This document shows positions 46,205 to 56,800 of a stretch of 61,198 nucleotides of DNA, one piece after another. The stretch spans positions 169,785,439 through 169,846,636 of the forward strand of contig NC_058133.1 of assembly GCF_016433145.1 (NCBI RefSeq), read 5' to 3'. Numbering within the stretch: the stretch's first letter is position 1; the number at the start of each line of letters is the position of its first letter. Position numbers and translations under genes: made by a program. A model generated the notes under the pieces. That model was not told where the DNA came from, did not search any database, and worked only from the letters and a program-made list of their open reading frames with translations. The stretch is from Gracilinanus agilis. Taxonomy: Eukaryota.

Positions 46205-46300
46205 TGTTCTGGCGGTCCTGAGGTGCCAAGCGAACCTTGGGTTTCCCCCACAAACATGCCTGTGGACCCTTTGGGAAGTGTACAGTGTGCCCTGTGTAGT
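46205..46300 (-). other. S100A1: Possible non-coding exon 1 of S100A1
   Basis: Minus-strand CACCTCAGGACCGCCAGAACA|GTGA resembles my recollection of the human exon 1 end (CACCTCAGGCCCAGGCCAACC); ~1.8 kb from exon 2; donor choice uncertain. Confidence 0.35.
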
Positions 46301-47089
46301 GTCTCTGAAAGGTAGTAGCTCAGGAGAGCCTTTCTTGAGTGTAGAGTTGAAAAATGCCAGAGGGAGAAGGAAGATGTAAGGAAGTTAGAAAAGAAAGAAA
46401 AGAGGGAAAACAAGGCAATAGGTTACTGAGTAGAGAGGGAAGTGAGTGAAACACCCTTGCTAGCATCCTCCTCCCTACCCCCACTCAAAACAATTTTTCA
46501 TCTATTGTTCTTGGATGTTATTAGGGACTTAAACTAGAAGCAAGGCATGGGGTGGGCTTGCAAAGGTCCTGGGGTGAAGGAATAGTTCTACTACTTTGAA
46601 GCCAAAATCACCCCCTTCTTCCCACCCCCTCCTCCCAGGGTCCTTTGGGGGTTGAAGAAAGTCTGGACTTGGGATCAGCTGTCCAGTTAAAACTTATCTG
46701 TCTTCTACTTGGCTCCAGCCAGGGCTACTTATCGCAGAGAAAGCAGGGCAAAAGCTTAGGGCCTAGATGTTTCTATCTTCAACCCTTAAACCCAGGAGAG
46801 AGATGAGCTGGGGTCAAGGGAGCCCCAAGGATGGAGAAGGGAAACTTGGGGATTCCTTAGCTAGAAGAAGGGGCTATATTGTCTTTGGAGAAATATCTGT
46901 CCTCTCATCCCACCACTGAATTTCTCAGGTTAACTGATATCCTTCCGCAGATAGACCCTTCAGATCCTTCACTGAGCCCCAAAGTCCTCTATTGCTCGCT
47001 GATAGCCCCCCTCAACTGAGCACCATTCCCAGATTCTAGGAGAGACCACCATTCCCCAAGTAGTAGGCACACCCTCTGACTCCGACAAA

Positions 47090-48060
47090 GCAGAATACTC
47101 ACGGGTGGGTTCGGGGCAGAAGGGGAGCAGATGACAGGGATGAAGCTGCGTGTCCTGTGGTCAGAGCTCGAGTGGGGAGATCTCACTTCAGGCGTCCTTC
47201 TCCCTACTCTGGACATCCCCTCCTACCCTTAGCTCCACCCCCTTTTCGGGCTGACCGCCAGTGGGGCAAGCGGCCAGCTAGCAAACAGAGGCGCCCTCTG
47301 TCTCCAGGGTTGGGGACAAGCTGGCCCTGTATTCCCTCCTCCCCCAGGTCGGAGTTTTAAAAAAGTCCTTTCCCCACATGCATGCTAGCGATCAAACGGG
47401 GTTCTTGGTTGTGGTTGCTACCAGCTCCGCCCTTGCACAGGGCAGAGAGGGCAAGGGACGATAAAGTGGGAGACAGAGAGAGAGGTAAGATGGGACACCA
47501 CAGGATGTTGCACCTTTCTGGTCTTTGGACCGCCCCGTAACGGTCCCTAGTAGTGAGGCACGGTCATTCTGCCCCTATCTGAGAGACTCCACGGAGGGGA
47601 TGTTAAGGGGACCCTTCCATGGAGACTCTCAATAGGGGTCTCAACTCCCCAGAATTCTTCAGAAGACAGTGTCTCCCTCCTTTACTCGTAATCTCCCCAA
47701 AACCTAGCCGGGATGCCTAAGTAAGGACTTCTTTGAGGGGAGAGGGCAGAAATAAGTGAGATGGAAAACGGGAAAAGGGATTTGGAGGACTCTAGCTGAA
47801 TGGAGATTGGGGGGCAGATGCAGGCTTGGGAGGGAGCGCCATGTCCGTAGGAGATACGGGGCTGGAGGAGCCCAGAAAAGTAAGGTTTAACATTTGTTTG
47901 CTTCAGGGCAGGGAAAAAGTGGGAAAGGAAGGATGGGCCAAAACGTTAATGCGCGGATGCGTGAGTGAGGAGGAGTGGGTGGGCGTGCCCTTTGCCGAAG
48001 TTCACCACGGGAAACTCTATATCTCAGGATCTACACCGCGGACTCCAGCCTTCCCAGCCC
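47090..48060 (+). promoter_or_regulatory. S100A13: CpG-enriched S100A13 promoter/first exon region
   Basis: Local CpG enrichment; TATA-like TTTTAAAAAA 47355-47364; TGTGGTT and CTCCGCCC motifs; strong donor AGAG|gtaaga at 47484/47485. Confidence 0.55.
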
Positions 48061-49215
48061 CTCCCCTCGGGCTTTAATAAACCTCAGTCCAGCCCTACTT
48101 GCATCTGCTAGAGACTGAACAGGAGGGTGAGTATCTACCCTGCTTCAGATGCTCTTTTGGAGGGGGCTGGATGAGGTCCACTCTTCCCCAGGAGAAAGAA
48201 GAGCTCCTCCCGCCAGGTCCAGGAACTAGGAATTCAGGAAGTGACTTTAGGGCTCTGAAGGAGAGGTGGGGGCACTGGTCCTTGAAGGGGATGAACAGGT
48301 TGAAAGAGGGTCAGATTCAGTTAGAGAGGGTTTGGAATTTCCCTTTTTCTACAGCCCACTATCTTGTTAGGACTGTAAAGAGATCGCTTTTTGGCAGCTT
48401 ATTTCCTGCCTCCGATTCCGTAGCTTAAAAATGGGAGGAGCCCTCTAGTCGGACCCGTTACAATTAGCTTAACTTCGGAACGGTCAGTATATTTTGGAGT
48501 GGTTGTGCATCTTCCTGCCCTTGATACCTAGAAGCCTCTGTATGGTTTCCATAGGGAAGTTAAAGAAGACTGGTTGAGAAAATACCAACTTTCTCCTTTG
48601 TGGTGCAGATTCTGGGTCCCAAAGTTGATGGAGTGGGAAGAGGGGACATTTCTGACCCTTCCTGACACCCTACCTCATTTTCAGAAGATTCCTTGGAAAC
48701 AGTTGAGGCAGAGACATTTTCACTACCCAAGTGTGTCTAGGCTGCCAGTCTCATTGTCCATGAAGGGAGGGAGAAGTCTAGAATTTATATATTTTTTTTT
48801 TGTTCTTAGTGCCCAATTTAGGGTCATCACAAAATAGATATTTATTTACTAAATAAAAGTAGGAAGGAATCAATGAATGAATAAGCAAATTAATGAGTTG
48901 CATACTTATCAGGCTTTTAATAGTCTTTAAGTGGATTGATAGAGGGCTGTATTCTTGAACTTCCAGGTGTCAGATCCCCCACTCCCCATAAAGAGCTCAC
49001 ACAGAAGGGCTCCGCGGGCTGAGACTCCTGGGGAGGGGGCAGGGTTTCTTTTTCTAGGGTTCTAGAATCTCCAATAGAGCTGGAGGGAATGAGTAAGTAA
49101 TATGAGGGCAGGGTTCCTCCCTAGAGATGTCTTCTGGATGTCCCTTTCTCTCCAACCATCCTTAGATCCACAGTTAGTTCATCGGCAGCAAGCTTCCACA
49201 CTCCTAGCCTTCTCC

Positions 49216-49368
49216 ATGGCTGCTGAGCCGTTGACAGAGTTGGAGATAGCTATTGAGACGGTGGTGAAAACCTTCTTCACCTTCGCTGTTCGAGAGGGGA
49301 AGAAAGGCACCCTCAGCATCAGTGAATTTAAAGATCTGGCCACCCAGCAGCTGCCCCATCTGCTCAAG
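49216..49368 (+). CDS. S100A13: S100A13 first coding exon (acceptor cttag at 49165)
   Basis: TCC ATG G Kozak context; CTCAAG|gtaacc. Confidence 0.96.
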
Positions 49369-50616
49369 GTAACCGGGAACTCAGGGCAAACTGAGAAGAT
49401 GGAATGAGATGATGAGATTCAGGAGGTACCAGACAAGTTGTGTGACCCTGTGCGTGTGGCAGTGTGACTGTGAGTGTGATTGGGCTTGCAAAGTCTAACT
49501 TGTGGAATACACTGAGTGCGGACAAAGCACTGCACGTGTTTGTTTTATTGGTCTGTATCTGGGAAGATCCCATGAAGTCACTAGACTGAAAGGTGTCTCC
49601 AAGGTAGATGAGCCACTCCTCAGTGGCTTAGAGAATGGCCTGGGGCAAGGGGATATCCCATGGCTTGCCTGTGGACACATAGCTAGCATTAGTCACAGTA
49701 GGGACTTGAGCCTCCATCTTGATGTCAGGTTGCTTTTTGCATGTGTTTAGATGAATAAAGTCTTATGATTTTGTGCAACCAGATGTCTGGGTGTTATGGG
49801 GTATGGACCTATGACTGAGACACCTAGAAGATATATTGTACATGAATAAGGCTTTTCTCCCTGACTAAACCATCACTTCTTAAAGGGTAGAGACAGTGTC
49901 TCATATGTCCTTTTTTTACTATCCACCATATTGGCTAGTACGTACTTCATAAATACTTGCCTCCTAGAATATGTGACCCTGGCAAGTCTTTAACCCCAAT
50001 TACCTAGTTGGAACCGATAGTACCAATTCTAAGACAGAAGGTAAAGATTGAAAAACAAAAAACAAGAGAAAGCAAAAAAAAAAAAACCAAAACGTTCACT
50101 TCTAGTGACAAGTTCAATATTTTAAGTTTCATTATAGAATTTCAAAAATTATTTTGAATATAGATATTTTTTAAATGGACTTTTCCACACATATAGTAGA
50201 AAATAAAAAGGAAAGGAGGATTGTACACCATCATAGAATCTTATTCGTTTCAAGCTTTCTGTGAGATCTTGTTGCATCCTAATTGTTAGACAACTTATTA
50301 GGTATTCCTCCTAGCCTCATCTATCATTTGTAATTTGATAGGAGTGGTTTCTATGTATCCGAGTTGTTGACAAAAACAGTGACCGAAGAAGTCATGCTGG
50401 TAGGCAACTTCCGCACTGATATTCATCAATTAAAACTTTTTGGGTTCAATCTGCTATCAGCCTAACCAGTTATCTTATCTTCCAGGACATATATCTCACA
50501 AGGATGTCATGAGAGACTTTGTAAAACGTCTATCTTGCTGAAATCTGGGTATATGGCATCATCGTCATCAACTCCTGATCCTAACAATTCTGTTAAAAAA
50601 GCAAATGGGGTTAGGG

Positions 50617-50672
<56 letters not shown>

Positions 50673-50817
50673 CCAGGTTAAATGACTTGTAGGGTCACAC
50701 AACCACCACTATGTTGGGAAAAACTTGAATCTTCTTGACTGAGGATAATCCATTATGTCAGGCAGCTTCTCAAAGATAGTGTATTCCAAATGAAAGAACA
50801 GATAACTATTTGAGAGA

Positions 50818-50861
<44 letters not shown>

Positions 50862-53800
50862 ACACATACACACACATACACACACATGAGACAGCTAGGT
50901 GGCACAGTGGATAGAGGGCTGGGCTTGGGGGTCAGGAAAACCATGAGCTCAAATCTCGTCTCAGAAACTTGTAACAAGTTTGTAACCTCCATTTGCTACT
51001 GGATAAGGAAGTGGCAAATCACTCCCAGTATCTTTGCCAAGAAAATTCCACGGACAGAGGTCTATGGGCACAAAAAGTCATACATGACTGAAAAGACTGA
51101 ATACCAACACATTCACATATGTGAATATGTAGATACATATAGTAAAGTATACATTATAGGCACAAATATATATGTCTGTGTATGTATACATGTAAATACA
51201 CCGGAAAATGTCTAGTTGGACACACTGTACATTGACTCTGACATAGTGATGTAATTTTGGTTCACTTTGAGTACAAAGGACAAAACCATATATAGACATA
51301 TATGGGCATGTATGTATATTTATATCTCTCTATATATCTTTATCTCACAGGTAGGAAGGAAAAAGAAAAATATGGCAAAAGTATTAAAAAAAAAACCCTT
51401 CCCTTCTGTCTTAGAATCAATACTGTGCAAAAATGCAAAAAAGTAGCCAGAGCTTAGCAATGGAGGCTAAGTGACTTGCCCAGGGTCACACAGCTAGGAA
51501 ATACAAGGCTAGATTTGGACCCAAGACATCCTGGCTCCAGGCCTGGCTCTCAATCCATTGAATCATCTAGTTGCCTCTTGAATGTATCTTAAGGAAAGAA
51601 TAGAGGAAGTATAGAGTAGGGAGACCTTGGGGAGACCAAGGTACTCTTCTCAGTTCTACCATCATCAACTAACCAGTTATGTGACCTTGCACAAGTTATT
51701 TCTCTTGTCTGGGTTCCTGGTTTGTTTCATTCAAATTAGTGGATCGGATTTATCTTTCTTGCTCCCTGCTCTCCTACTCACGCTTCTCTTCCCTATCATT
51801 TTCTCTGGCTATCAGTGGCTGTCAATAATCTTATTGGGTTAGGAACTCAGAGATTCTGCTCTATCAATAATTCATTGTGCAACTTCAGGTAAGTCATTTC
51901 TCTTTGGGCCTCAGTGTCCTCACCTGTAAATCAGATTGACTTTTCCACATATGTAGTATGGACTCTTTGAATAGATCCTTTTTAGCTCTAAATCTATGAT
52001 CTTATGATCCATTTTACGATTCTGTAGATTTAATTGTTCCAGCAGAGTAAGGAATTTTGGTAAGAGATAGAAGAAAGAGAATTTAAAGGGAAAGCAATCT
52101 TTTTTCTATTATTTTGTTTTTTTCTAATTACATGTAAAAATAATTTCAAATATTCACATTTAAACATTTTGAGTTCTAAATTTATTCCTTCTTTCCCCTC
52201 CCCTTGCATTGAGCAAACAAGCAATTTGATGCAGGTTATACATGTGCAATCATGCAAAACATTTCCATTTTAGTCATGTTGTGAAAGAAAACAGACAGAA
52301 AAATTTCACCAGAAGTATAAACTAAAGAAAGTATTCCTTGATCTTAATTTAAACTTCACCAGTTCTTTCTTTGGAGGTGAATAGCATTTTTCATCCGAAG
52401 TCCTTTGGAATTGTCTTAGATCATTGTATTGCTGTGAAGAGATAAGGCATTCACAGTTAATTGTGGGACAATATTGCTGTTACTGTATAAAATGTTCTCC
52501 TGGTGCTGCTCGATTGATTTTGCAGCAATTCGTACATGTCTTTCCAGGTTTTTCTGAAATCATCCTGCTTGTCATTTCTTATAGCACACTAGGATTTTAT
52601 CACAATCATATACTATAACTTGTTCAGCCATTTCCCAATTGATGGATATCTCCTCAATTTCCAATTCTATATCACCACAAAAAGAACTCCCTATCCCTTT
52701 TTTCATCTTTTTGGGATACATTTATTTTTCTTTTTAGTAGTTAGTAGTGGTATTACTGGAGGAAAAGGTATACACAGTTTTATAGTTCTTTGGGCATAGT
52801 TCCAAATTGTTCTCCAGAATGATTAGATCAGTTCACAACTCCACCAACAATGTCAAGGAGAGGAAATCCTGTCAATCCCTAACCCTGTGCTCAGGAAAGA
52901 AAGGGACCTTAGAGTTCATCTAGTCCTACTCCTTCATTTCATTTCATTTCATTTCATTTTTTAAAACCCTTACCTTCTTTCTTTGAATCAATACTGTGTA
53001 CTGGTTCCAAGGCAAAAGAGTGGTAAAGGCTAGATAATGAGGGTTAAGTGACTTATCCCAGACCACACAGCTAGCTATCTGAGGTCAGATTTGAATTCAG
53101 GACTTCATCTCTGGGCCTGGCTCCCCATCCACTAAGCTACCTACCTGTCTCCCCCTTCATTTTACAGATGAGGAAACTAAGACCCAGAGATGTGTAGACT
53201 ATAGTGCCTGGCGTAGAATAATCTTTTCAATAAATACTGGCTTCTTGACTTCTTTACTCAGCCTGGTGCTCTGTCCACTGTGCTACCTTAGTTGTTCCTT
53301 GAATTAGTTTCCTCATCTCTGAAACAAGCTGGATGGGAGGACCTGAGTTCAAATATGAGTTCAGATACTTCCTAGCTGTGTGGCCCTGGGCAAGTCACTT
53401 AAACCCAGTTGCCTAATTCTCATTGCCCTTCTGCCTTGGAACCAAAACTTGTATTAATACTAAGATAGAAGGTGAAGGTTTTTTAAAAAATGAATTGCAT
53501 GCAGTGATCCAGGACAATTCTAAGGGACCTACGAGAAAGAATGTTATCCACATCTAGAGAAAGAATTGTGGGAGTAGAAATGCAGAAGAAAATATGTGAC
53601 TTGTTTATATGGATATGTGATTTAAGGTTTTGGTTTTAAAGGATTGCTCTTTTACAAGAATGAATAATGTGGAAATGGGTTCAAGTGATTTTATAGCCCA
53701 GTAGAATTATTTGTCAACTCTTGGAGGGGAGGAGGGATGAGGGGAGGGAGAAAACATGAATCATGTAACCACGGAAAAATTTTTAAAATTAAAAAAAAAT

Positions 53801-56800
53801 TAAGAATGAATTGTAGAAGGAAATGGCAATGGACGTGCCTAAAAAACAATTAGACATGAACTACCTTGGTTTAGGCATTGTGCTAAGCACTGGGCATATA
53901 AAGAAGGCAAATATACATGGAGGAGACAGCCTACAAATAGCTAGGTACAAACAAGATATAATATAGGATAAATTGGAATCAGTCTCAAGAAAGAAGGCTG
54001 ATGCATTAAGGGGGACCTGATAAAGCTTCTTGCAAAAGTCAGAACTTTGTCTGAGACTTGAAGGAAGCCAGAAGGCAGAAATGAGGAGGAAGAGCATTCT
54101 AGGCATGAGGGACAGCTGGAGAAAAGACATGGAGTCTGGGGAGGGAATGTTTTTCTTGAGACATAACAAGAAGGTCAGTTTTTTAAAAATAACCCTTAGA
54201 ATATTTCTTCTTAGAATCAATACTATGTATTGGTTCCAAGACATAAGAGTGGCAAGGTCTACGCAATGGAGTTTAAGTGACTTATCCAGAGTCACACATC
54301 TAGGAAGTGTCTGAGACCAGAACTGAACCCAGGACTTCTAGGTCTGGCTCTCAATCTACAGAACCATCTAGCTACTCCAAGAAGGTCAATGTTAAAAGAT
54401 CTTAGAGTAAGATGGAAGGGAATAAAATATAATAAGACTGGAAAGGTAGGAAAGAGTTAGACTATGAAGGGCTTTAAAAACCAAATAAAGAACTTATTTT
54501 TTTGATTCTGCAGGGATTAGGGATTTATTCAAGGTTATTAAATTGGGGATGACATGGCCAGACTTAGACTTTAGGAAGATCACTTTGGTGGCTGATTGGA
54601 GGATGGTATGGAGCAGGGAAGAGATGCTTAAGGCTGAGAGCACCACTGGTGGCCTATTTTAATAGTTTTAGGCCTGAGGTGATGAGGGCCTGCCCAGAGG
54701 TGGTGGTAGTATCAGAGGAGAGAAGGGGGCTGAGGGAAATGTGGCAAAGGTAGAATGAATAACATTTGGCAAAAAGTTGGAGATGGGGGGAGAGAGAGAG
54801 TGAGGTGCTGAAGATAACCCTCAGGTGGTGAGCCTTCCGTGACTGGGAAGGTGTTGGTACCATGGACAGTAACAGGGAAGTTCTGAACAAAGGAGCATTG
54901 GTGGGGAAAGATAACAAATATACTGAGTTCAAGATGTTGACAGTAATCTAGTTCCAGATATCCAACAAGTGGTTCAGGAGAGATGTAAGGCCTGAATAAT
55001 GAGATCTGAAAATCAGACATAGAGAGGATAGTTGAATCCAAGGGATTGCGGATGAAATCACTAAACAAAGTAGTCTAGAGAGAAAAGAGGGGAGAGTCCA
55101 GGACAGAGATTCGAGGGATATGTAAGATTAGTAGACACAACCTGGATGAGGGAAGGAAGTAAATAAACATTTATTGTGTCTACTATGCGCCAGGCAACCG
55201 TGCTAAGCACTTCACAAATATTATCTCATTTGATTCTCACAATCACCCAGAGAGGTAGGTGCTATTATGATCCTCATTTTGCAGTTTGAGGAGACTAAGG
55301 CACAAAGAAGTTAAATGACTTGTTCAAAGTCATACAGTTAGAATTTGAATTCAGGACTTCCTGATTTGAGGTACAGAGCTCTATTCACCATGCCAGAATA
55401 AGAGCAAGGAAAATGGAAGTCCCATGGATAGATGGTCTTCTCAACAAGTTTTAGCAACAAAAAAGGGAGGAGAGATATGGTATAGCTAGCAGGGACGGAT
55501 GAATCAAGAAGGTGGATTGTTGCTTTTTTGAGGATGGGGGAGACAGAGTCATATTTGTTGGCATCAGGGAAGGAGTCAGTAGAAAGGGAGAGACTGAAGG
55601 AAGTGTAAGAGTGGAGATGATAGAAGGGAAAAATCTTCTAGGCAGAACATGATGGATTAGGTCCCCTGTGCATATAGAAGGGTTTACTTTGGCAAGCAGA
55701 AGAGTCACCTCTTTATATGAGACAGAGGTGAAGGAAAAGATATTAGGGGAAGGCACCTGAATAATGTCTGATGATGATGAGAACAGAAGGTGAACAGCCT
55801 TAATTATTTCAGTGAAATAATAATAAAGGCTAACATTTATATAGCACCTTAACATTTGCTGTGCACTTTATATGTGTGAGCTCTTTAAATTCTCACTACC
55901 CTCTGAGGTAGGTGCTTTTATTATCCTTATTTCATAGATGAAGAAACTGAGAGTCTGAGAGGTTAAATGATTTGTCTAGGGTCACACAGCTAGGAAGTGT
56001 CTGAGATAGAATTTGAATTCAGGTGTTTCTGACTCTGAAGTTCAACTTTTATCCACTGCACCATCTAGCCACCACTGACTTGTTATAAGCTCAGGGTTTT
56101 CAGCTAAGAGAGTGGCAGAGGGGAAGTCACAGAAAGCTTGAGGAACAATGAAAAGGTTTGGAGAAAGCTGATGTGGTGATTGGGATTTAATTCTGGAGTT
56201 GTAAACAGATCACCATGTTTCAGTCAAGCACCAGTTGACATTATGTGATGTAAATTTGTACCAGACCCAGTTAGCATGGTTTCTTGATTTTCCTCTGGAT
56301 TTCTGTAGCACTAGAATAGCAGCAAAGACAGGATTGTGGGAATAATCCATTGGGGCTTGGCAGGGCACAATCAGCAGTATGTCAAGGGGGCAAAGGACTC
56401 GACTATGTAGGATGATATAGAATTGAACTGTTTCACCCAAATGATCAAGATGAATGAGAATTAGAAGTCATGGTGAGGACAAAGAAAAGGATTAGGAGTC
56501 ATAAAGCAAAAGGAAAGGTAGAATCACAAAAGATAATAATCAGATAAAGGAATCTTAGAGTTCATGAACACGAAAGTGGAACAGTTGTGGGTGATGGCAA
56601 GATGAAGGCTATGACCATCTTGGGTGAATATGAGGCAGAATGTTGGAGCAGATTGTGAGAATTTAATAGATTGAGTAACTTGGAATTTAGGGTGTTTAAG
56701 GGAATATAATATGTATGTTTGAGTTCCTTCATATGAGGGCAGGAATTAGGGAGGGGAAAGACTATAAACCAGGTACTAAATTCATTGAGGAAGGAAGGAG

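Noticed and set aside
47255-47300. CTCF-like sequences CCGCCAGTGGGGCA and AACAGAGGCGCC
   Set aside because: Mismatches at key core positions; not called.
54654-55068. 92- and 118-aa minus-strand ORFs
   Set aside because: Degenerate L2 ORF2 fragments.
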